From assembly GCF_004010195.1 (NCBI RefSeq), contig NC_057719.1, positions 19,038,198-19,102,197 of the forward strand: 64,000 bases of DNA, given 5' to 3'. Shown in pieces: positions 37,590 through 50,639 of this stretch. Position numbers and translations under genes: made by a program. This stretch comes from Chiloscyllium plagiosum. Taxonomy: Eukaryota. Position 1 is the stretch's first letter. Every line of letters begins with the position of its first letter. The notes beneath the pieces are model-generated. The model had not been told where the DNA came from and made no database searches. It worked only from the letters and a program-made list of their open reading frames with translations.

Positions 37590-39240
37590 TTGCTTTTCTT
37601 GAATATTTCTGAAAAATGGCAAAGGGATTGAATGTTTGCAGATGTGGTGCCAATCCAGGGGACTGCTTTGTTCTGGATGGTGTCAAGTTTCTCAAGTGAT
37701 CGTGGAGAGTGGTCCATCACTCTTCCACCTTGTAAATGGAGAAATAAACTGTTGCTCACCACGGTTACTCCTCTGACCAGCTTTTTTTTACCTGATTTTT
37801 CCAGTTCAGTTTCTGGTCAATGGTAACCTCCAGGAAGTTGATAATGGGGAATTCAGAAAGGGCTGTGCCACTGAATATTAAGGAACAATGATTAGATTCT
37901 CTCTTGATGGAGATGATCATTGCTTGGAACTTGTCAGTCATACCTAGATATTGTCCAGATCTTGCTATACTTGGACATGAGCTGCTTTAATGTCTGAGGA
38001 GTCACAAATGGGCTGAGCATTCTGCAAATCTCAATGAACTTCCCTACTACTGACTTGATGATGGAGTGAAGGTCATTGATGATGCAGCTGAAGGTAGTTG
38101 AGCCTAGGACACTGCCTGAGGAATTCCTGCAGAGATGCCCTGGGCTGAAATGATTGACCTCCAATAATCACAATCAACTTCCTTTGTGCTCGATGCGGCT
38201 CAAATCTCAGCAGAACTTCCCCCTCGAAATCCATTCACTTCATTTTTGCTAGATGTCATACTCAGTCAAATATGGCCTTGATGTCAAGGGCAGTCATTCT
38301 CACTTTGCCTTGGAATATAACTCTTTTGTCCATGCTTGGACCAAGGCTGTGATGAGAGCTGGAATTGAATGGCCTTGATGATTCCCAAACTAAACATCGA
38401 TGAGTAAATTATTCCTTTGCAAGTGCTGCTTAACACTACTATTGTTAATCCCTCTCATCACTCTGCTGATGATTATGAGAAGATTAATGAGGTGGTAATT
38501 GCCGGGGTTAAATTTGTCCTCTTTTTGTGTCCACTGGACATACCTGGCAATTTTCTGTATTGCTGGGCTGATACTTGTGTTGCAACTGCACTGAAGTGGC
38601 TTAGTTCGGGGTACAGCTTTTTCTGGAATGCAAGTTTTCAGTATGATTGCCAGAATGTAGTCAAAGCCCATAGCTTTTTCAATATCCAGTATCTTCAGGC
38701 ATTTGTTGATATATGACATGGAGTGAAGTGAAATGGTTGAAGACTGGCACCTTCACTGCTGGGGACCGCCAGAGGAATTGGATCATTAACTCAGCACTTC
38801 TGGCTGAAGATGGATGCATATGCTTCAGCCTTGTCTTTTGCACTGAAGTTGGCTCCTCCCCTCCTTCTGCTATTTGTTCAATTGCTCGTCATCATTTGTG
38901 ACTGGCTGTAGCAGGACTGCACAACTTAGATCTGATCTGATGGCTTTGAGATTGCTTTGTCCTGTCTTGCAAGTTGCTTCCACTGTTGGGCAAATCAGTA
39001 GTGAAGTGTTGTTCCTTAAACATTTTGGCACCTTATCTTTGTGAATGCCAGGTGCTGTACCTGGCATGACCTAGACCAGTGTTCATTGATGTATGCCAAA
39101 CAGTGGAGGCAACATACAATAGACAGGACAAAGCAATCTCAAAAGCTTCAGATCAGATGTAATCTCTGCAGTCCTGCTACATCCAGTCATGAATTGGAGC
39201 AGGGTGGGTCTTGCAGCTTGATGGTAATGGTAGAGTTACA
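37590..39240 (-). mobile_element. APE-RT LINE fragment (28250-35545 family) with an inverted duplication
   Basis: KAMGFDYILAIILKTCIPE..NPGNYHLINLL, GSVLGSTTFSCIINDL. Confidence 0.8.
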
Positions 39241-39689
39241 GATTGTTAGGGCTTAGATTGTCATGTATTGTGGGGTGGTGTTGGGGGTGCCATGTTAGGG
39301 TGAGCTGGACACTGTCAGGCAAGTCTACGCATGGAGGCTTCATGGGAATTGGAGTTGGAGTAAAATTGTGTCAGATCAGTTAGATTGAGGTTAGGGTTAG
39401 GTAGGATGGGGTTAATAGGATGGGTTTGAGACTGTGCATGTCCTGGAATATTGATGGGAGAAGTCAGAAGCCTGGTAGTCAGGATGGGGCATAGCCCAAA
39501 TCATGAACAGTCAGGGCGGTCTGGTTTTGGGGGTGGGGTTGTCAAGTCCTGAGTGTTTTTGAAGTCAGTGTTAGAGGGCCAGTGGTGAATCAGCTTGGGT
39601 TCTTTTCATAGTTAGCTTGGTGTTAGAGAACTTTTCCAAACTTCATGGTTAATGGATTCAATAAGTTGGAGTTCTTGTTGGTAAGACAA

Positions 39690-40036
39690 GGGCAACACGG
39701 TGGATCAGTAGTTAGCAACGATACCTCAAAGCGCCAGGACCTTGGTTAGATTCCAAACTCAGGCAACTGTATGTGTGGAGTTTACACAATCTCTCCCTGT
39801 CTACATGGGCTTCCTCCCACAGTCCAAGGATGTGTAGGTTTAGTGGTTTGGTCATGCTAAATTGCCCCCCATTATGTCTATAGATATGCAAGGTAGGTGG
39901 ATTAGCCATAGGAAATGCAGAATGGGGTAGAGGGGTGAGTGTGGTTGGTTTTGGGTGGGACAGTCTTTGGAGGGTCAGTGTAGACTTTATGGGCCGAATG
40001 GTCTGCACCCACACTGTAGGGATTCTATGATTCTAA
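39690..40036 (+). mobile_element. HE1-type SINE, diverged variant
   Basis: tRNA head, shortened V domain, tail CACACTGTAGGGATTCTATGATTCT. Confidence 0.8.
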
Positions 40037-40239
40037 GTGAGTTGGAACCTTCTGCTCTGTAACTCATGATTTGGGACATTTTCAGAGGGTGCTACTCCAG
40101 GGTAATTAACCATTGGAATTTCCAATTTCCCAGGCAATTTCCAGGGAGTCAACTACATTGAGACCGATGTGCAACTCCAGTCTTCCTAATGGAAGATCTG
40201 GCCCATCGTCCCCCAAGTGCTGCAAATTAGCTCTTGTTT

Positions 40240-40770
40240 AATTACTTTTGGAATATTGTGTGTAATTCTGGTCTCGCTGCAATAGGAACGATGTTGTGAG
40301 ATTTGAAAATGTTCAGAAAATATTTACAAGGTTGTTGCCAGGGTTGGAAGATTTGAGCAATAGGGAGAGGCTGAATATGCTGGGGCTGTTTTCCTGGAGC
40401 ATCTGGCTGAGGGATGACCTTATAGTGGTTTATAAAATCATGATAGGCATTGATAGGGTAAATAGACCAGGTCTTTTTCCCAAGGTGCAGGTGTCCAAAA
40501 CTAGAGGGCATAGGTTTAAGTTGAGAGAGGAAAGATTTAAAACGGACGTAAGGGGCAACTTTTTCACTTGGGGGTGATGTATGAATGAAATGAGCTGCCA
40601 CAACATTTAAAATGTATCTGGATGGATATATCAATAGGAAGGGTTAAAAGGGCATGGGCCAAGTACTGGAAAATGGGACCAGATTAATTTAGGATATCTG
40701 GTCAGCATGGACAAGTTGGACCAAAGGATCTGTTTCTGTGTTGTACATCTCCATGACTCTATGATTCTAC
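40240..40770 (+). mobile_element. CR1 3' end
   Basis: ENVQKIFTRLLPGLEDLSNRERLNMLGLFS..DLIVVYKIMIGIDRVN..KTRGHRFK; tail TCTATGATTCT. Confidence 0.88.
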
Positions 40771-41149
40771 TGATCAATGGTAAGTCACCTGGTCCAATTG
40801 GAATATAACATAGATTGCTCAAAGAAATAACAATAAAATAACAAAAACATTGTTAGTAATTGTTCAATTTTCATCAAACAGACAGGAATAGTTCCATGAG
40901 ATCTTCCTGTAACTTTATGGGACATGCATAAATCAAGAAGCCATATACTAGTTAGCCTAACTTCCATTATGGTGAAGTTATTGTAATTCATTAAAAGGAA
41001 CCCTTTCATTTTGAAAGCACAGAACACTCAAAGGGAACCAGCATGGATATATCGAAGGCAAATAGGGCCTGTCCAGCATGATTGCTTTCTTTGATGAAAT
41101 GAGTTAGAAGATTAATGAAGCTAGTAGAGGAGATGAATATAGTAAAATG

Positions 41150-41331
41150 ATAGGATCTGAGTTCCCTGATTGGGCTCTTAGTCTGGTCCAATCAGGGAAC
41201 CCTGGCTGACATAAACATGTTTGAGTATTAGGGATACTGCCACCCTGGTGCCTGAGACAGTAGTCAAGGGCTGTTCATGTGTAAACAAAGGATGATTGGT
41301 AATGGGATGTCGGCCTTTATGTCATTATTCA
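41150..41331 (+). mobile_element. Probable short solo LTR (Gypsy-like)
   Basis: CCAATCAGGGAACCCTGGCTGAC, TGTAAACAAAGG (decayed polyA signal), ends TTATTCA. Confidence 0.45.
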
Positions 41332-44300
41332 GCCCACACCACAAATGTTGTTTAGAAAGTAATAATGATAATAGTAATAAAAGTAACGTGAGCTGGGAAA
41401 ATTATGAATATTCCTTGTAGCCCTACAGCAATGACTGTTGTTGAAATTCGATCATTTCCCTTCTGCTCTTTTCCAAACATCCATTCCACCCAATCCCACC
41501 CTCCCGCAATCATTTACCTCCTCCTTCCATGAACTAGCTTGGTCTAGTGATTTACATTAATCCTTCTACCCTGCTGTTCAACCTGTCTGATTTAAATGAA
41601 GCCTGAGGTCAATGTCAATGAGGCCTTGGGCCTTGATGATCATCAACCTTTCAAACTGAACAGGATGCAATTGTAATGGTTGTGAGAAGTTGAAAAAATA
41701 CAAGGTCACTACAACATTAGGACTTTGGTCAAGTATTCAATGGGCATTTTAAAGGTACATAAGTAATAAATAATATAAGTCACCTACAGTTATTGAAAAT
41801 CAATAATGGAACTTTGTGTTGATTTTGACATGTTTTATTCACTAACGTCAGTAAAAACATTGCTAACTTATATCAGGTAATGGCTTCTTCAGGTTCTAAT
41901 GCCATAATATATTTAAAAACTTTTGACACAGGCTAGTGAAGTTTTATTTTAATTATGCACATCTGTGAACTAATATTTGAATGATGGATTCTCATGCTTT
42001 TTCTCTCCTTCACACACACAAACTAAATATATCTGTATAGAATCAGAACTTATCTTAGTGGAATTACAACATGGAAGTTGCCCTCAAGGTTCAGAGATGT
42101 TCATGGATTTTAAAATACTCTTCTGAAACTTGTGTTCACGAATATGGTTCTCATCAAGAAGAGGAGTTCTGCATAATAGTTACAACCTATTTTAATGCAA
42201 GCTCCTTTCTAAGGGCAGGATTACATTTCATAAACTCAGCAGCTGTTACTCCATCGTTACTGCAACATAAACAATACGCATTTATGTTGACCCTTTTAAC
42301 ATAGTAATTAATCTCAAGGTGCTTGCCCGGACTGTTTCCCACAGGTGAGGCACATGGGAATATTGGACCAGGCTTGGTAAAATATGTCATTTGTAGTGAG
42401 CATCTGGAATGAAGAGAGAGAGAGAATGGAAAGATTTAGGGTGGGAATTTAGAATTAATCTTTATTGTCATTTTTAATGTCATTAAGTTTTCATTTTAAG
42501 TGTCTTTAAGTTTTATTGTCAATTTTAATTTCAGAATTCAATTCTGTCCAGACAGACAAATGTCAAAGCACTTTGGTTCAGATAGTCCAAAGACCAGAAA
42601 GTCATAATTCTGAGGTGGATCAGAGTTAGCCTTGGTGACCCTGGGAAATGCTTATTGCAGCAGGCTCTAAAGGAATCTCTTGGGATATTGAATTTTCCAC
42701 AGGGCAATTCAACTATGCCCAGCACATCTCTATTTAAATCAGAGGATTCTGCTGAAATTAAGCGAAATAGTTACTCAGGAAATGTTAGACTATTAAAACA
42801 TATTCAAGTTCCTGAGTAACGATTCAATTGACTCATCCCTCTCACACCCAAACTACACCTTCCCTGGAATACTTACACCTTGCAGACCCAGACTTGACAA
42901 CCCCAGAATTTAACAGCCTCCTATCGTTCCCCTCACCCCACTCCAGACCAAAATCCCCCTTTTCCCCACTATATGACCTAATCCCTCGGCTTCACCTGCT
43001 CTGGACAAGTCTGTCCTTCTGTCACTCACACAGAATGTAGCCTCCTTCCTCAAACTTAAGGATCTGACCTACCTTCATCCCCTGGGAGCCGAATCCCCTT
43101 CTCTACATTTGGGCCAATGTGTCTATGTTTCCCCCCAAACCCAGGGCCTCCACATACTCCTTCCCCCTCTTAGGGAAATACACCATGCACCTTTGCACCC
43201 CCAGCATCCAGCTTACCTGCCCTCACATATTTGTCCCATCCACCCAACCTGTCCAAGTCCAGCTTCCCGATGCAATCTCATTTCCAAGAGACATGAACTA
43301 AACTGGTCAGTTCGGGACCTCCCTCCATCTAAGAATACTTAACTGGTGTAGGAGTAGTTCTCAGCAACATGTGGAGGCTACCAACTCAATCATGGTGGAC
43401 TCCCAGTGAGCCACCGACACTCCATGACCCAATGGACAGTTTGTCGGTTCAAAAGGCCTCAACCCTGTCTATCAAAAACACTGTGGATTGGCTTACAGTC
43501 CAACCCAATGCTCGTTATGGCACTGGGCCTCTTTATTTAAGTAATTCTCCTCAGGCAGAAAGGGCAGTTGCGATGCCCTTACACTCATCTGGCTGCCGAG
43601 GGAGTGCTCAGCTGTACCTGTGAGGCGCCAATCTGATCTAACCATGAACCTTCTAATCAGGCCTGTGGCCTCCATAACTCATGGTGATCCTAAACATAGT
43701 GGCAAGGTCAAAGCGTCCTGATCGGCTGTACAAACAGGAATGCTTGATGACGTGATTGGGTTTGTGGTCCCTATTTATGCCCGATATTGGGGTCCTGATC
43801 AGTGCCCAAAAATCCAGTCCAAAGTCTCTGCTGAAGAATGTGGCATGCACACAACCAGACCCGCAATTTAAAACTTCTTAGGGCCTGGATCAAAAACGTT
43901 TTCTTAACCTCAAACTCAGCACAGCACTTCCTTAGTCATAGCTTAACATTATATGTTTTATTTACCATGCTGTTTAAATTCAAGAAGTGAAGGAGAGTGA
44001 GATTGGCAAAGTAATGTTGATTTTGGCATTTTGCATCAAAGAGCACAACAGTTTGCAATCCAATCCTTTAATTAAGATTTTAAACAAAGTGAAAGCTATC
44101 AGATGACAAAGCTGATGAAATTAGAGCCTTTACATTGTCAGGGTTCTTATTTGAGTCAGTGCTGATGTTTCACTCGTGCTCTATTGTTATCCGTGTAGCT
44201 CCACCAAAGAAAAAGTTTTATGAGCAAATTGGAATGAAAACAAAGGCAAAAATGCAACTGCAAAGATTAACGTTCTTTTGAGGGTGGAGGCTGAGAAAAG

Positions 44301-45639
44301 CTCTGCTGAATTCTAAAAGAAACTGACAATATTTTAATTCTATTTCTGTCTTCTTTGGTATGTTAGTTCAATTAAATATTTCACCATCTTGTTGCAATGG
44401 CGCAATGTTTAAAGGGAGTTTACACAGACACACACGTGCATGAGTAATGCTGTATATACATTAGAGATTTTCTTTTTATCAGTATGGTTATTTATCATGA
44501 AGCATTTTGTATGATGGTAATACATTAACAGTGGAAAAATGAAAATCTCTAAAATTATATTACATTAATGCAGTGCTCATGGCTGTTATTTCTGAACCAA
44601 GCAGTAGAAACAAATTTCCTTGTGTTTAACCAGAAGCAGTAGGCATTGAGAGAGGGTCAGTGAGTTGAGGACCCAAGAGGCAGAAAAAGACCGATATTTG
44701 TAGTAGAGCATGTGAGAGGCAAAGTAATGGCCAGGGAGAGACTGAAAGGTCACAACAAGGGCACAAGGTACTAAGTTAGACTCTCATGAATGAGAGGGTA
44801 TTGGTGGAGTGCAGAGGAGCTTGTGACATCAGTTGGTAACTCCAAGAAGGGAAACGCTTCTGGAGGTTAAAGAATAACTTGAATTGCCTTTCTTGGGTTT
44901 ACATTTATGTTTTGGTGAGACATAGAGCAGGTTGAGAAGAAAGCATTTCCACATATCCATCAGAAAATGATACAAGCACGCAGAAATATTAGAATTGATA
45001 CTACAGCACCAATAGAAAGCTGGGACATGATCTTACAGCCAGACCTGAAATATTTTAGCATCTTAAACAACAACAACATTTTAGCTTCTTAAATAACAAT
45101 AGTCAAAATGAAATATAGTCACAATACATTCATAGCAGAACCATAATAAGAAATTATACATGAGTATATATGGTGTGGGCGACAAACTTTATATGCGATT
45201 AACCTTTAGCTAATTGCTGTGTTTAAAACTTAGATAATAAAACAATGGCACTTTGCAAGTAAATACTATTGTGTTTTGAAATATTTGCAAAGGGGCCAAA
45301 CTATTTATTCCTTTAACCTGGTCTAAAGATTAACAAAGATGATGATTGGCTTTAACTGAGAGTTACTTGAAGACACCATAGCAATGAGGACATGATGTTA
45401 CAATGGATTATTTCACATGGAGACGTCGAGCGTGATGATAATACGCAGAATGTTATTTAGTTTATACTATTTCTTCACAAAAGTAACATCTGTCTCAGTG
45501 ATATATATTTCCAAGGCGTAATGTGGTATGAAAGGGTCTGAAGCCTCAGACAGAGGCAGAGCAGACACATTACTTTATTAACCTTATGCTCCATAAACAA
45601 GTGGACAAGCAGCAAATAAAATGGCCAGTAATCAGTGTC

Positions 45640-47205
45640 CATAAATCCGTTAAACAGATCATTGCTCGCAGCAAGCTGTCAGGCCTTCAAGCCAACCTCA
45701 ACCACAACACCATCCAACCCTGTCACGGCAGCAACTGCACGACGTGGCAGAGTGTCGACACGGATACCATCATTACACATGGGGATGCCTCCCACCATGT
45801 ATTCGGCAGGTACTCATGTGATTCGGCCAACATTGTCTATCTCATACACTGCAGGCAAGGATGCCCTGAGGCCTGGTACATTGGCGAGACCAAGCAGACA
45901 CTGCAACAACGGATGAATGAACACCGCACATCAATCACCAGGGAGGAGTGTTCCCTCCCAGTCAGGGAACACCTCAATGGTCCGGAACATTCGGCCTTGA
46001 ACCTTCTGGTGACCATCTTCCAAGGCAGACTTTGGGATAAACAACAATGCAAAGTGGCCGAGCGGAGGCTGGTAGCCAAGTTCATACCCATGGGGATAGC
46101 CTCAGCCGGGACCATGGGTTTATGTCACACTACAGGTGACTCCACTGCACTATACTGTCTCACACATACACACTCCAACATACTCACACACTAACACAGA
46201 CCCTCTCTCATACACAAGCTCTCTCTCATATGCACACATACACTCCTAACACTCACACCTAAGCACACACCCCCAAGCACACACCCAATCACACTCACAC
46301 ACATATTTTAAAAAGCTTACACACACACAAACACACACTCTCTCACATGCACTCACACCCACATGCTCACTCTCCTGCATGCACACACATATAGGTTTGT
46401 GTGGTGTATTTGTATTTGCAGAATTATATTTTATTTTGCTCAAAAAATGCATAACCTACAGTCAATTCATGTAAGATTCTGTAAATCCTACTTTAGAAAT
46501 AAAACGAGTCTGACTCAAGATTGGAACACAGGCAGACTCTAACCTTACACCTTTAATCCATTGTCTGAGCTGAGATGACACCTTTTGTTAGAAAACCTGA
46601 AGTTATCTTGAGAATGTGACTTAAAGGAGTTCTAGGATTTACATATAAGATTAGATTACATTACAGTGTGGAAACAGGCCCTTCGGCCCAACAAGTCCAC
46701 ACCGACCCGCCAAAGCGTAACCCACCCATACCCCTACATTTGCCCCTTACCTAACACTACAGGCAATTTAGCATGGCCAATTCACCTGACCCTGCACATC
46801 TTTGGACTGTGGGAGGAAACCGGAGCACCCGGAGGAAATCCACGCAGACACGGGGAGAATGTGCAAACTCCACACAGTCAGTCGCTTGAGGCGGGAATTG
46901 AACCCGGGTCTCTGGCGCTGTGAGGCAGCAGTGCTAACCACTGTGCCACCGTGCCGCCCATGAACCAAATTAATGAACTAAATCTAGCAAAACCATTCTA
47001 AAAGATGAAAGACTTAATCTAAGTTTGTTTAACATATTTCAGCGGCACAACACTGTAACCTTTTGCTATAAATTCTGTGTCTTATGGTCCTGCTCCACAA
47101 CCACCTTATGAAGGAGCAGCACTTCGAAAGCTAGTGCTTCCAAATATACCTGTTGCACTATAAGTTGGTGTTGTGTGATTTTTAACTTTGTTCACCCCAG
47201 TCCGT
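45640..47205 (+). mobile_element. Penelope-like element 3' part (GIY-YIG endonuclease, CA-rich tract, terminus)
   Basis: ORF 45586-46194: PCHGSNCTTW..YSCDSANIVYLIHCRQGCPEAWYIGETKQTLQQRMNEHR..PVREHLNGPEHS; terminal hammerhead-like relic at ~47101-47136. Confidence 0.88.
46648..46959 (-). mobile_element. HE1-type SINE inserted in the Penelope element
   Basis: Near-identical reverse complement of 304-620. Confidence 0.93.
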
Positions 47206-47999
47206 AAATCTCCACCGACTTCACATTCAACATATCTTCACAGGCATTTAAATTGGCCAGAAACAGGCTGGAACTTCATTATAATATATTAAAGAATCAT
47301 TTATTGACATCCCATGATTTTTCACCATTTACATTAGTCCTAGATAGTAATGGCCACGTGTATTTGCTGTCCAAGAGCATTGCAAAAAGCAACTTTGAAA
47401 GCAATTATCCTGTTTTCCTTTGAACTGCTCAGTTGTAGATTGGAATCTTTGTGCCATTGATTCTGTAATTTCCATATTTTGCTTCAGTTCTGGGATGTGA
47501 ACAATGTATTTCTCCCACATAATCTCATCATTTTGCTGCTTTTGTTGAGGAAGAAGCAGAGTAACTATTGGATGTAAGGTAACTGATGTTTTGAGGGCTA
47601 AAATCTGAAGCCTGGGAGTTGTAATGTCATTATCCGCCCACCACCCACTAATGCAGCTGCAGAAATGCATTTATCTAAACTTGTCTGATGAGTTCTGCCT
47701 GGATAGGCTCCAGTTCACCAACAAGGCAGTGACACATTGGTGCTGACAACTGCAATCTGTATCTACACAATTGTACTGTATAGTGATGGCATTTTAAACA
47801 GTTTTGAAAGTTGTCTTGTGCTTAACTTTTGAAGTCACAAAGTAGACAAACATTCTTGAGCTGGTCTGAAGCAGCATGGTGTTCATGTCTTGCTGGGCAT
47901 CCTTCATGCTTGCACGTTAGTCCCTCTTTGTCCTGTTCTAGTATTAGTTCACTATTCTGAAGATTTTGGCACACATTCTTAACCATCACAAAAGGAGCA

Positions 48000-48350
48000 A
48001 TTTCAACTTGGAAATGATAAGCACAAAGTTGAAAAATTAAATTTGGATATTAGAGGTACAGTTAGGAGGGAGAATCTATTTCTGCTTGTTTGAGTGTATA
48101 GGATGAGGGCACATAGTGGAAGAATTAGAATAAGCCTTTTCAAGAGTGATATTAGGAAATATTTCATCACCCAAAGGGTGGTAGACATTTGAAACTCACT
48201 TCCAATTTGACAGTTGATACCAGATCAGTAGGTAATTGTAAAACTGAGATTGATTCTGTTAGACAAAGATTGGGGTCATAGATCAGCCATGATTACTTTG
48301 AAATGAGAGGCTCAAGCAACTAAAATGACCACTTCTATTTCTAAGTTCTG
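48000..48350 (+). mobile_element. Old CR1 3' end
   Basis: GATGAGGGCACATAG, TTCATCACCCAAAGGGTGGT..GAAACTC, AGATCAGCCATGAT. Confidence 0.65.
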
Positions 48351-48899
48351 ATTAAAGAAATACTGATGAACTGTAGTGATGTCTATCAAACGTCATCTTC
48401 TTTTATGGTAACAAAGCAACATTGTTTGGGTCATACCATTCCAAACATTGTCAGGACAGTTCATTCAATAAATACTATCATAAAGAATTAATTAATTGAG
48501 GAGAATGCACCTTTTCCAAAAATGTCTTGAGTCAGTAGCTGAAGTAAGTTGTATGAATCTCTTGCTGCAGTTGCAGAATGTGCATTTTTTACAGCTTCTT
48601 GTCTATGGGGACCCATTGAAAGCAATCTCTCTCCAAACTGTTCTTTGAGTGGTTCCTAAGGAAAGCTTCATAATAAGAGGCTTGCAACATTTTAGAAAGT
48701 TATTGGAATGGAAGATTGAAAGGCAGTTAAAGGTTGCAGCACAATCTCTCAGTTCAGATGATGTCGAATCACTTGAGTGTTATTCTTACATTGGGATGAT
48801 ATGGCTGAACCTTTTGATTATGCAGTGACCATTGAACTGTTTCTCGGCTATCTGTGATTGCTTCTTAACTGGTGAATAGATGTGCTTTGTAATTTTTCT

Positions 48900-49420
48900 T
48901 ATACAATTTAAAAATTAGAAAAAGAACGAATGCTGCCATGCCACCTTTACAACTAGGGACAGAAGGAGTTAAATGATTATGCAGCAAATTAGAAAATTCA
49001 TAATTTATCATTACACCCAGTCAAAATGCCACCCAGCTGAGTCGCACTCCTGCAAAAATGAGGAAAAAAAACCACAGAGAAGCTGTCAAAAAACTGCCAC
49101 AGCCGACGGACAAAATTAATATGCAAATATATGCAAGAAATTAAAAAGCAGCATTACACAGGCAAATGAGGTAGCTACACTTGAATTGTTAGGATTATGA
49201 ATAATTACTGCGAATTTTCTGCTCCTAATATAACTTGTTTTTTGATAAACAAAGACTTAATTATCAAGATGCGCCGGAGAATTTCCGTGGTGCTCATTAA
49301 TCTTGCAAAAAACAAGTCCCTGGTGTCTCTCGGTAATGAAGCACGCGTGCCCGGAATTCGCAGAAAGATCAGAGGCACCAGGGTGCCAGGGTAAAAAACA
49401 AATTGACAGTGCCACTGCAT
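48900..49420. promoter_or_regulatory. Candidate conserved non-coding element / enhancer
   Basis: Non-repetitive; octamer ATGCAAAT, many TAAT/ATTA sites, TGACAG/CTGTCA, retained CpGs in an otherwise CpG-depleted window. Confidence 0.55.
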
Positions 49421-50073
49421 CCCCTCGCACAAACCCCTCCCCCCATCCCGTGCACACTTCAGCACTATCACTTCTCCCCTAAACTATCAGAGGGACCTAT
49501 TTCTGTCAGGCACAGAGCTACAAATCTAATTTATGTTGCTATCTGCAGATGAGGAACTGTTTGATGATTTGCTGTGAGGTGCCAGCTTCTGAATAGCTGC
49601 ACTCAGCCTGTTTTGGTATCAATAATTACCAGCCGCCTTGAGTTCCAGCACTGGACTTTTGTGGAAAGACCGTGGCCTTTAGGACTGAACTACAAGCAAG
49701 TTCCTAGGCTACTTGCTCAGGGAGCCCACTGCTCAACAATTTACTGCCCACATACAGTGTCCATTGAAGGAACAAAGACACACATTGCAAACTTGTGTCA
49801 GCTTCCAAGATCTTGAATGAGCCTGTGTCAGTGTTTTATTGATCCAAATCTTTATATTTAGGCCAGCATGCTTTAGAAAAGCCTCCTTCCCTGTTTTTTT
49901 TTCTTCCTCAATTACCAGATCCTTCTATTCCTTTTCCCCTCATGTCCCTGCCCAGCTTCCCTTTAAAAGCAACTTCACGTCAATCGCTCCACATCATTGG
50001 GAAGTCCTCATTCTAACCACTCTCTCAGCAAAAACATTTCTCGTGACTTTGTTATGGAATTGATGTATTTTTG

Positions 50074-50629
50074 TACTACTTTCCATTAATGGTGCTTACG
50101 AGCACCATCCTATAATGTAGCTATGTAAAGCGGGTGAAAGTTCAAGCTTCAATAGATATTATAAAGCAAGAGGTAGAGTCAAAGTATGAGAGCAAAATAC
50201 CAAATGGAAAATGAAGGTCAGAAAATGGCAGGAAGGGTGAAGCCTAAGACTACATCAGAAGTCAAGACTACATCAGAAGTCAAGACTGGATACTATAAAG
50301 ATGGACTTTTATGCTACTTTCCATTGAACATGAGCACCATCCAATAATGTAACAATGTAAAGCAATGTTCAAGCTTCAATAAATATTACAAAGCTAGGGA
50401 GAGAGGCAAAGTATGAGACCAAAATACTAATATGGAAAATTAAGGTCAGAAAATGGTAGGAAGGAACAAGAGTCGAGAGTGTGGTGCTGGAAAAGCACAG
50501 CAGGTCAGACAGCACCTGAGGTACAGGAGAATCAACATTTTGGCATTAGCCCTTCATCAGGAACTTTCTCCTAGGAAGGCACAAGCCGAAGACTGCTTCA
50601 GCAATCAAGATTGGACACCACAAAGATAA
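50074..50629 (+). repeat. Diverged ~235-bp tandem duplication upstream of a CR1 ORF2
   Basis: Units start CTACTTTCCATT at ~50076 and ~50314 and share GAGCACCATCC, GTTCAAGCTTCAATA, CAAAGTATGAGA, AAGGTCAGAAAATGG. Confidence 0.85.
50471..50571 (-). mobile_element. Short Penelope-terminus element with 14-bp TSD (1 mismatch)
   Basis: TAGGAAGGAACAAG (50457-50470) / TAGGAAGGCACAAG (50572-50585); minus strand CCTGATGAAGGGCTAATGCC. Confidence 0.8.
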
Positions 50630-50639
50630 CAAAAATAAA

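Noticed and set aside
42790..43870. C-rich stretch possibly from an old element
   Set aside because: Too decayed to assign a family or boundaries from sequence alone.
45432..45545. Possible C/D-box snoRNA (GTGATGA ... CTGA)
   Set aside because: Weak terminal stem, no recognisable rRNA guide; such motifs occur by chance.
45586..46194. Longest ORF (202 aa) as a host gene
   Set aside because: It is a truncated Penelope GIY-YIG domain with a chance upstream ATG and a frameshifted end.
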